Of a DNA stretch of 64,000 nt, positions 10,940 through 18,686 are shown piece after piece. Under the pieces are notes generated by a model. It made no database searches, had not been told where the DNA came from, and was given only the letters and a program-made list of their open reading frames with translations. This DNA comes from Polyangiaceae bacterium (GTDB lineage: Bacteria; Myxococcota_A; Polyangia; Polyangiales; Polyangiaceae), in contig CBDCTZ010000012.1 of NCBI GenBank assembly GCA_965222375.1, positions 608,001 to 672,000 on the forward strand, written 5' to 3'. Position 1 is the stretch's first letter. Every line of letters begins with the position of its first letter. The translations under genes were made by a program, and so were the position numbers.

Positions 10940-11701
10940 ATGACGCAATTCTCTCGCGCTCTCCGATTCGGGGGTGCGGCACTCACATCACTGGTAACGC
11001 TTTCACTTCTCGGTTGTGCGGGCTCCGCCACCGTGGGGCCGTCTACAGCCGAAGATGGCGTGACGCGACGCGACACTCGCATCGTACACGAGGATTGCGA
11101 CATAAAGTCGAGCGGCGCCGAGAAGCTTGACGCCAACGGCGACAAGAAACCCGATGTCATCCTGGTCAAGTCCGGCAATCGCGAGGTGTGTCGTGCCGTA
11201 GACCTTAATTTCGACGGGCACTGGGACTCTTGGAGTTACTTTGACGGTGGCGGCAAGCTGCGGCGCCGGGAGCGCGACTATGATCGCGACGGCCGTGTGG
11301 AAGAAATCAACCTCTACAAGGCCGGCACCCTTGCTGAGCAGCACCGCGCGACCAACTTGGCTGACAAGCTGGACACCTGGCACTTCTACACCGCCGGCAA
11401 GTTGGCGCGGACCGAACGCGACTCGGACGGCGATGGAGTCGTGGATCAGTGGTGGGAGTACAAGGCGGAGAAGTGCCCGCTGATTCACTCGGACATTGAC
11501 GGGGATGGCCGCCCGGACCCCGGGGCTACAGTGGACTACTGCAAGGCCACGGGATACGTGCCGCCGGATCGTTACGGACCCAAGAAGCCCCGGCATTCGT
11601 TCGAAGGCCCTGGCGCCGCGCCGGTGGAGCTGGAAAACAAGGAGGGCGGCGGAGGGAACACACCTCCCCCGGAAGCGCCGCCCCCGGAGGAAAAGAAGTG
11701 A
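10940..11701 (+). CDS. Lipoprotein with D-x-[DN]-x-D-G repeats (putative Ca2+-binding beta-hairpin repeats)
   Basis: Lipobox LLGC. Repeats DANGDKKPD, DLNFDGHWD, DYDRDGRVE, DSDGDGVVD, DIDGDGRPD. ATG 10940 preferred. Confidence 0.8.
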   Translation: MTQFSRALRFGGAALTSLVTLSLLGCAGSATVGPSTAEDGVTRRDTRIVHEDCDIKSSGAEKLDANGDKKPDVILVKSGNREVCRAVDLNFDGHWDSWSYFDGGGKLRRRERDYDRDGRVEEINLYKAGTLAEQHRATNLADKLDTWHFYTAGKLARTERDSDGDGVVDQWWEYKAEKCPLIHSDIDGDGRPDPGATVDYCKATGYVPPDRYGPKKPRHSFEGPGAAPVELENKEGGGGNTPPPEAPPPEEKK

Positions 11702-12441
11702 TGCGTGCCCGATCATTCTTTCTGGGCTTGATCCCCTTGCTCTCAGTCGGCCTGGTGTTTTCCTGTGGCGGAAGCGAGAAGAAGACGGCCAAGGCGCCCA
11801 AGGGTCAGGAGCGGGCTGTCGACGAGCACGGCGAAGACGACCGCTCACGCTGTGACTACAAGGGGCGAAAAGACCGCGAAGTTTTCGAGACCACGGGCCC
11901 CAACGCGATTCAGCCCAACATTCGTCGCGTCTTCGCCATTGTCGGCGAAGGAGAGGACGCGCGCCGAGCTCTGCTGTGCCGCGAGGTGGATACGAACTTG
12001 GACGGATCCAAGGACGTGGTGCGCACCTACAACGACAAGGGGGATGCCCTCTTCGAGCAGGCCGATGCCGACTATGACGGGCGGATTGACACCTGGATAT
12101 CCTTCGCTCGTGGTCGCATTTCCAAGGTGCAGGTGGATGTCAATGGCGACGGCAAGCCGGATCAGGTTCGCTTTTACGTGGACGGAAAGCTGAGTCGGAT
12201 GCAGCGCGACACGAACTTCAATGGAAAACCCGACGTCTGGGAAATCTATGAAGGTGGACGCCTGAGTCGTATGGGGGTCGACCTGGACCACGATGGTCGG
12301 GTCGATCGCTGGGATCGAGACGAAGAAGTCATGCGCCTCGAGGCGCTCAAAGAGCGCGAGGAGGAAGAGAAAGAAGCGGCCAAGGACGCGGGCGCTTCTG
12401 ATGCCCCAACGGACGCTTACGTCAGCGCGCGCAATCGCTGA
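11698..12441 (+). CDS. Lipoprotein with D-x-[DN]-x-D-G repeats, paralogue of the upstream gene
   Basis: Lipobox-like VFSC. Repeats DTNLDG, DADYDG, DVNGDG, DTNFNG, DLDHDG. Overlaps the upstream stop codon. Confidence 0.8.
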   Translation: MMRARSFFLGLIPLLSVGLVFSCGGSEKKTAKAPKGQERAVDEHGEDDRSRCDYKGRKDREVFETTGPNAIQPNIRRVFAIVGEGEDARRALLCREVDTNLDGSKDVVRTYNDKGDALFEQADADYDGRIDTWISFARGRISKVQVDVNGDGKPDQVRFYVDGKLSRMQRDTNFNGKPDVWEIYEGGRLSRMGVDLDHDGRVDRWDRDEEVMRLEALKEREEEEKEAAKDAGASDAPTDAYVSARNR

Positions 12442-12489
12442 CGGTCCGGGGGTGGGGCGTTTCGCTGACCCACCCGAGATCCGAACCCC

Positions 12490-13584
12490 ATGAGCCGAGG
12501 CGAGCGCCTACAGAAAGTGCTGGCGAGCTGCGGAGTTGCGTCGCGGCGCCGCTCGGAAGAGCTCATCACCGAGGGGCGGGTTCGGGTGGATGGTCGGATC
12601 GTTACTGAACTCGGGACACGCGTGGATCCTCGCCGGCAGCGCGTGGAAGTCGACGGCCGACGTGTGGTGCACGATGTGCTCGTGTACATCGTGTTGCACA
12701 AGCCCAGGGGGATCATGAGCACGCTGCGGGACCCGGAGGGCCGCCCTACAGTTGCCCACCAAGTACGGGATCTGGGGATTCGGGTGGCGCCGGTTGGGCG
12801 TCTAGACTTCAACACCAGTGGCGTCTTGCTGCTGACCAACGATGGCGACTTCGCGAGCGGCCTATCCCATCCGCGGGCAGGCGTTCCCAAAGACTATCTA
12901 GTGAAGGTGCGCGGTCGCGTTGACGATGCGGTGCGCGAACGTCTCGCCAGCAGCATCGAAATCGAAACCAAGAAGACTGTCCCAGCGGCGGTGGCGATCG
13001 TGCGTAGGGAAGGCGACAAGACGTGGCTTCGCTTCACGCTGAAGGAGGGAAAAAACCGTCAGGTTCGCCGCTTGGTCGAGCATGCCGGGCTCTCTCTGAT
13101 GCGGCTGTCCCGGGTGGCCTACGCGGGCATCGGGGTGCAGGATCTTTCGCCTGGCTGTTGGCGCGTGCTGACTCAAGATGAGCTAAAGCAGCTCAAGCGC
13201 GCGTTTGGCGTACCGAAGCGAGTGAAGGCGACGGATCGAGCGTTTTTTGCTGGTGTGCCGACTAGCGGTGGGGAGGCTCTGCGTCGTCCAGGTGCAGGCG
13301 GCGCGGGGCGAGGGGGCCGAAACGCCCGGCGAGGCGATGCTTCCGAGGCAACGAGGCGGGCGCCGAGCAAGGCCCGAGGAGTGAAGAAGAGACCAACGCC
13401 CGCGCGGGCGCAGTCCAAGGCAAAGAGTTCCACCAAGGGGGCTGCGGGGCCACGCCGCCCAACCCAGGCAGCCTCTCGGACGAAAGCTCCCAAGAAGGCC
13501 AGCACTGGTTCGCTTCCGGCCCGATCCCGGGGCAAGGCTTCGACGCGCCGGCCCGCGAAAAAGCCGACGCGGCGACGCGACTAG
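12490..13584 (+). CDS. rluB: rRNA pseudouridine synthase (RluB/RsuA family) with S4 domain and basic disordered tail
   Basis: ERLQKVLA...SRR (S4 domain), VGRLDFNTSG (catalytic Asp), EGKNRQVRR. Confidence 0.88.
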   Translation: MSRGERLQKVLASCGVASRRRSEELITEGRVRVDGRIVTELGTRVDPRRQRVEVDGRRVVHDVLVYIVLHKPRGIMSTLRDPEGRPTVAHQVRDLGIRVAPVGRLDFNTSGVLLLTNDGDFASGLSHPRAGVPKDYLVKVRGRVDDAVRERLASSIEIETKKTVPAAVAIVRREGDKTWLRFTLKEGKNRQVRRLVEHAGLSLMRLSRVAYAGIGVQDLSPGCWRVLTQDELKQLKRAFGVPKRVKATDRAFFAGVPTSGGEALRRPGAGGAGRGGRNARRGDASEATRRAPSKARGVKKRPTPARAQSKAKSSTKGAAGPRRPTQAASRTKAPKKASTGSLPARSRGKASTRRPAKKPTRRRD

Positions 13585-13761
13585 GCTTCGGCCAAGTTGG
13601 ACGCGCGGAACCTTCCGCCCACAAAAGCCAAAACGGCTATGTCCACCAAGCTCGGATCGACCTCCAGCGCCCAATTCAGGCGCCCCACCGGTGGGACGTA
13701 GGCCATTGCGAGGCAGAGCAAGAGCAACGCGGCGAGCAGCGCGGTCGTCGAGCGCTAAGTG

Positions 13762-14712
13762 TCATGGTGTCGGCGCCACGACCACGAGATCATCCTGTTC
13801 GGCCGTGGGTGCGGCGCGGACCTCGATTCGAAGCCCGCGACACTGTCGAGCTAGCACCACCGGCGCCACGGTCTCGGCGGCGCAGTCGGTCTGTGGATGG
13901 GTGGCCTCCAGGGCTCCTGCGACGAGAGTGGTCACGGTAGCGATGGCTTCTGCGCGGGCGAGACTGTCCGTCGGGCGGATTGGGCGCACGGATTCTGCTT
14001 CGGCTATTCGGCTGAAAAGCTCAGGACCCCGAATGGTGGCAGCGGCGACGCCGCCCTCCTCGAGTCGAAGCTCCACGTCGAGCAGCGCCCGACGCGCCCT
14101 CAATCGGCCACCGTCCGGGATGGCGTAAGGAAAGCTCAGCTGCTTGACGCAGTGCCCAGTTTTGCAGCGCGCGGCCGGCTCATCGAGCCGATAGTGGTAA
14201 ATGAACTCGTGCGGGAGTTCGTGGGTGCGCACGTGCCACTTGGGCAGCGTGGCCAAGCGTCTAATCCAACCCAGAAACTCCGACACGACTCGCCCTCGCA
14301 TGCGATCAGCGTCCGAGAGCTTTTCTTCTAGCGCGCGCCCCTCTTCGGTGAGTTCGGCGGCTCGTCGTCGTTCGTAGGCGCGTGCTAGCTCGAGTTCGGC
14401 CAGGCGCTCCGTGGCATCCTCGGCGTGGGGCCCCCGGGGCAGGTGATCGAGGTAGCGGACCAACCCGGCCTCGCTGGTCTTGGCTTCCGCGAAGTACTTG
14501 GGTTCGACCCGATTGAACCACGCACGGACCTCACGTTGATTCGGTCCCCTGGGGTAGGTGCGCAGATAGGCCTGGCTCTCCACCAATCGCGTCTCCACAG
14601 TCTCCGCGACGCGCACCCGGCGGTAGGCTTCGTATTCGGACCTGGACCCGGTCAGGCTCGCGCAGGCCAGACAGCCACTCAAGGCCACTCCGATGGTGGT
14701 CCCGCGGTTCAT
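13762..14712 (-). CDS. Hypothetical lipoprotein with helical (TPR-like) N-terminal repeats
   Basis: Lipobox-like SGCLAC. Repeated YLRTYPRGP and YLDHLPRGP. ATG 14712 gives an ATGA overlap with the upstream gene. Confidence 0.65.
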   Translation of the reverse strand: MNRGTTIGVALSGCLACASLTGSRSEYEAYRRVRVAETVETRLVESQAYLRTYPRGPNQREVRAWFNRVEPKYFAEAKTSEAGLVRYLDHLPRGPHAEDATERLAELELARAYERRRAAELTEEGRALEEKLSDADRMRGRVVSEFLGWIRRLATLPKWHVRTHELPHEFIYHYRLDEPAARCKTGHCVKQLSFPYAIPDGGRLRARRALLDVELRLEEGGVAAATIRGPELFSRIAEAESVRPIRPTDSLARAEAIATVTTLVAGALEATHPQTDCAAETVAPVVLARQCRGLRIEVRAAPTAEQDDLVVVAPTP

Positions 14713-15101
14713 GGTTTGCTCCGTGGTGGGCAGAAGTTGCATTCCGAGGGCGCACTAGGGGTGATGTCGGACATGAACCCTCGGTAGTCGTCGCAGCTAG
14801 CATGGCGCAGTGCGCGCAAACACGCTTCGCCATCATGAACCAACGGCAGACAGCCTCGGGGGAACTCCGTCTCAAAAGGTACGCTGGGGTTGCAGGCGTC
14901 AGCGCAGGCGTTCGAGCCCAGGCCGCAGTCGTCACAACGCTCGCAATCCGTCGCCTTCTTGTTGCTGAAGAACGTGGGAGCGTCCATCAGGGTGGCTTCT
15001 TGCCCGCAGCCACCGATATCTCCAGGCGTTGGCGCCATCGAAAGTATGGCCAGAATGCTGACTGCGAGAAGTGCAAGGGGTTTGGGCGGCAAGGCTTTCA
15101 C
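14709..15101 (-). CDS. Small secreted Cys-rich protein
   Basis: Signal-like N-terminus and about 11 Cys in 130 aa. Translationally coupled on both sides. Confidence 0.7.
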   Translation of the reverse strand: MKALPPKPLALLAVSILAILSMAPTPGDIGGCGQEATLMDAPTFFSNKKATDCERCDDCGLGSNACADACNPSVPFETEFPRGCLPLVHDGEACLRALRHASCDDYRGFMSDITPSAPSECNFCPPRSKP

Positions 15102-15730
15102 GGCAACACCTCGTAGGATAGCGTCAGCCCCAGCTGCCCGGATAGAATCGGGATGGCCGTCGCGGCCGTGTCTTGGGTTGCTGCGCCGTAGAAGAGGCTT
15201 CCGATCAACTCGAAGCTGGCTCCGATCCCTGCGGACAGCCAGTACACCCCCCCAAGGCCGAGCTCGTAGCCGATGTTTGGATCGGGTCGAAGGACCAGAG
15301 GCAGTCCGGCGCGGGCGTAGGTCAGAAAATGCGGCGGTAGCCGCAGGCTCAGCTGATAGGCGGGCGTGAGGACTTCTTGGGGAATGCCGTCCGTGGCAAC
15401 CGAGAGCGCTAGCGAACCACCGTGCAGAAGTCCACTCGGGTTGCCGCTGGAAACGCTCCCGGCCAGATTCAAATAGCCAGCGGTGGCCGACACGCTCTCC
15501 TCCGTATCACCCAACGGAGTTGCCAGGCGGAATGGGTTGTTGAAGCGCAGGCCCTTTCCCCAGCTCGCCCCACCCATTAGGTGCAAGTAGATCCCCCGCG
15601 GCGGAAGCAAGCTCTCATCGGCGGGCTCCGCCGCGTCCTGCGCTCGCGCCTCATGCGTGCCGCAGACAATGGCGATGCACGCAGCAATCCACAGGTCACG
15701 CAAGGCACGCACGTTGGATGTCGTCGACAC
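15098..15730 (-). CDS. Putative small outer-membrane beta-barrel protein
   Basis: Signal peptide ending ARA-Q, Gly/aromatic amphipathic strands, C-terminal LGLTLSYEVLP. Confidence 0.6.
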   Translation of the reverse strand: MSTTSNVRALRDLWIAACIAIVCGTHEARAQDAAEPADESLLPPRGIYLHLMGGASWGKGLRFNNPFRLATPLGDTEESVSATAGYLNLAGSVSSGNPSGLLHGGSLALSVATDGIPQEVLTPAYQLSLRLPPHFLTYARAGLPLVLRPDPNIGYELGLGGVYWLSAGIGASFELIGSLFYGAATQDTAATAIPILSGQLGLTLSYEVLP

Positions 15731-16991
15731 GCTTTGGTGCAGCGGCGCTCAGTACTTCTGGGGCGCCGTCCGTAATGACCACGTCATCTTCGATCCGGAT
15801 GCCGATCCCCCGATAACGCTCCGGGGCGGAACTGTCGTCCGGAGCAACGTAGAGCCCAGGTTCCACCGTGATCACTTGGCGCTCTCCTAGAAGGCGGGGC
15901 TTGCCCAGATCGTAGTAGTTGCCGACATCGTGTACGTCCATCCCCAGCCAATGGTTGGTGCGATGCATGTAGTACTTCTTGTAGTGCCCCTCCTCGATTG
16001 CGTCAGCCACCGAGCCCTCGACCAGTCCCAAGTCGATGAGGCCCTGGGTCAATACCTGCACTGAAGCCTCATGCACGGCGTCCAGGCTGTTCCCCGGTCG
16101 GGATGCCTCGATGCTCGCCTCTTGGGCCGCAAGAACGACTTCGTATAGCTCTTGCTGCGCTTTTTTGAACTTGCCGTTGATTGGGAAGGTGCGAGTGATG
16201 TCCGACGCGTAGTAGCCGAATTCGCAGCCCGCATCGATGAGGAGAAGCTCGCCATCGCCCATCTTGCGGTCGTTCTTGCGGTAGTGGAGCACCGTAGCGT
16301 TGGGGCCAGAGCCGACGATGCATTCGTAAGCCAATCGTTCAGCGCCAGCCTTGCGGAAGATCGAGCGCAATAGCGCCTCTACCTCGTATTCGTAAGCGCC
16401 GGGTCTGCAGAACTTCATCGCTGCGACATGGGCTTCAGCGCTGATCTGCGCTGCGCGCCGCATCAACTCGAGTTCGGCATCAGACTTGATCGAGCGCATC
16501 TCGTGCAGGAGCGTGGCTGGGTCGAACAGCTCCGTTGGCCACCACTTGCGTTGCTTGACTCGCTTGCGCAGCACTGCCAGCGCCGCATGGACGTTCTTGT
16601 CCATGGCGGGGTCACGCCCCAGGCGCGTGTACAGGCGCGTGTGGTTCTCGAGGAGATCGGGTAGTCGCTCGTCTAGCTCCGCAATGGGGAACGCCGCGTC
16701 TGCGCCGTAATCATTCTTGGCGCCCTCCACGCCGGCGCGGTACCCGTCCCATACCTCGCGCTCTGGGTCTCGCGGGCGTACGAACAGCACGAAGCGGGGC
16801 TCGGTTTGCCGCAACAGCAGGATCGAGGCGGGCTCATCGAAGCCCGATAGGTAGAAGAAGTCCGAGTCTTGACGGTACTCGTGCTCGATGTCGTTGTTGC
16901 GAATCGCCACCGGCGCTGCAGCGAGCAACAAGCCGGCCCCCTCCAGATGGTGCAGGACCCGGTCTCGTCGCTCCTTGTATTCGGCCAGCAT
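15696..16991 (-). CDS. pepP: Xaa-Pro aminopeptidase (aminopeptidase P, M24B)
   Basis: YRQDSDFFYLSG, LIDAG, DITRTFP, HWLGMDVHD, EPG, GIRIEDD. ATG 16991 preferred. Confidence 0.95.
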   Translation of the reverse strand: MLAEYKERRDRVLHHLEGAGLLLAAAPVAIRNNDIEHEYRQDSDFFYLSGFDEPASILLLRQTEPRFVLFVRPRDPEREVWDGYRAGVEGAKNDYGADAAFPIAELDERLPDLLENHTRLYTRLGRDPAMDKNVHAALAVLRKRVKQRKWWPTELFDPATLLHEMRSIKSDAELELMRRAAQISAEAHVAAMKFCRPGAYEYEVEALLRSIFRKAGAERLAYECIVGSGPNATVLHYRKNDRKMGDGELLLIDAGCEFGYYASDITRTFPINGKFKKAQQELYEVVLAAQEASIEASRPGNSLDAVHEASVQVLTQGLIDLGLVEGSVADAIEEGHYKKYYMHRTNHWLGMDVHDVGNYYDLGKPRLLGERQVITVEPGLYVAPDDSSAPERYRGIGIRIEDDVVITDGAPEVLSAAAPKRVDDIQRACLA

Positions 16992-17035
16992 GAACGTACC
17001 TATAGCGCGACCCGCGGCTGGGCGGCGGTGCGGAT

Positions 17036-17659
17036 TCAGCGAAGACGCCAAATTTCGATTGCGTAGCGACCCTTGCCGCGCTGAGCACGCACCCGAACCC
17101 GGTGCTGACCTTCCTCGGTGACGCAGAAGGGCCCATCGGGCCGAACTACTGGCCAGCGATCATCGCTGGTGTCGAAAGCGACCCGTTTCTTGCTCGGTGA
17201 CAGCACTTCGACGTCGAGGTCTTGCACGGCCGGCTCTGCGACGGCGAACACTCGGTAGCAGTCTCCGGGTTTGGCCTCGAAGTGGTGTTCACGTCCGGCG
17301 CCACCCTCGTTGACCTCCGCTTCGCGAGCGTCACTGAGCTTGGTCATTCCGTTTTGAGGCCCGCATAGGACCCCTAGCCGCATGACGTCGAGCTCGGGGT
17401 CGGTCCGAGGCGAAAAACCCGAATAGCAACTCAACCACAGGCCTCCGACAGGGGCGGGGGTGCCTCCTTGGGCTACGCGGCTGGGCGGCTTGGCTGATGC
17501 AGAGGTGGGCCGTGCGCTAGCCGCCGGACGGCTCGTCGCCGTGACGGCCGAGGGCGTTGGCGTAGCTGCACTGTCCGAGGGCGCCGGGGCCGGTGCGGCC
17601 GACTGTTTGCATCCGGAGAGCACCAAAGCTGCAGCCCAGCTTCGCCAATGAACGCGCAT
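17036..17659 (-). CDS. Lipoprotein with Pro/Ala/Ser linker and C-terminal beta-sandwich (PPC-like) domain
   Basis: Lipobox LSGC. CYRVFAV...DLDVEV...FC...G.YAIEIW pattern. Confidence 0.7.
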   Translation of the reverse strand: MRVHWRSWAAALVLSGCKQSAAPAPAPSDSAATPTPSAVTATSRPAASARPTSASAKPPSRVAQGGTPAPVGGLWLSCYSGFSPRTDPELDVMRLGVLCGPQNGMTKLSDAREAEVNEGGAGREHHFEAKPGDCYRVFAVAEPAVQDLDVEVLSPSKKRVAFDTSDDRWPVVRPDGPFCVTEEGQHRVRVRAQRGKGRYAIEIWRLR

Positions 17660-17739
17660 GCTCAGGTCTTAACCCTCGACGGCGCTGGAAACCAACACTT
17701 GGGTTTGACTGACGCACTGCGCCAGGGTACTCCCCGGCC

Positions 17740-18243
17740 GTGACCACGGAGCGACCCCCCTCGGAGCCCGAGGAGCGCGAGAGGCGCCGTCTGGAACGCC
17801 TGCTTCCTGAGGTGGTCAAGCGCTTGGTCGAAGCGGGCTACAAGAACATCAGCGAAGGCCCCGACAACGTGCGGGAGCTGGTCCGGGAAATGAAGCTGCC
17901 GAAAGAGGCATTGGCGCTCATGCTGACCCAGGTCGATGAGACGAAAAACGGCCTGTATCGCGTTGTCGCGAAGGAGATTCGTGACTTCCTCGAGCACACC
18001 AACTTCGCCGAGGAAATGGCCAAGGTACTGACCACCTTGTCCTTCGAAATCAAAACCGAAGTTCGCTTCATACCCAACGATGCCAAGCCCGGTGCGCCTC
18101 CCAAGCCGGATGTGAAGGCCAAAGTGAGCATCAAGAAGGATCGGCCGGACGACGAGGTGGAAGAGGACGAGGATGCGGTCAACGATGAGCAGGGGGAAGC
18201 GGGGGAAGAGTCGAGCGGGGAGGAGCAGGAGGAGACCCCGTGA
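17740..18243 (+). CDS. Hypothetical helical protein with acidic C-terminal tail
   Basis: Typical codon usage. GTGA overlap with the next gene. Confidence 0.75.
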   Translation: MTTERPPSEPEERERRRLERLLPEVVKRLVEAGYKNISEGPDNVRELVREMKLPKEALALMLTQVDETKNGLYRVVAKEIRDFLEHTNFAEEMAKVLTTLSFEIKTEVRFIPNDAKPGAPPKPDVKAKVSIKKDRPDDEVEEDEDAVNDEQGEAGEESSGEEQEETP

Positions 18244-18686
18244 AGCCGCTGGCCGCTGGAAGTGAGATCGATTCCTATTGCACCAAGTGTCGAATGGACT
18301 TGGGACATCGTATCGTCGCGATGGTCGCGTCTCGTCCAAAGCGCGTGATATGCCTGACCTGTGGCTCCCAACACAACTACCGTGCGCCCGCTTCCGAGCG
18401 TGAGGCCGCACGAAAGAAGACCGCAGGACCGCGCAGAAGCGCTGGCGAACGTGTCACCCTCAAAGCCAAGGCCGAGGCCGAGCGCGTTCAGGAATGGGAG
18501 TCCCGAATTGCCGGGCAGGCCCATGATGCATTCGAGCGCTACTCCATGGACAAGAAGTTCTCTCCGGGCCAGCTGATCCAGCACAAGAAGTTTGGGGAGG
18601 GCTACGTGGTGGACGTGATGGACGGCGGAAAGATCAACATCATGTTTCGCGACGGACTGAAGACGCTGGCGCACGGTCTTACGTGA
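18240..18686 (+). CDS. Zinc-ribbon protein with C-terminal PcrA/UvrD-like Tudor domain
   Basis: CTKC and CLTC at the N-terminus. C-terminal FSPGQLIQHKKFGEGYVVDV...INIMFRDGLKTL. Confidence 0.8.
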   Translation: MKPLAAGSEIDSYCTKCRMDLGHRIVAMVASRPKRVICLTCGSQHNYRAPASEREAARKKTAGPRRSAGERVTLKAKAEAERVQEWESRIAGQAHDAFERYSMDKKFSPGQLIQHKKFGEGYVVDVMDGGKINIMFRDGLKTLAHGLT

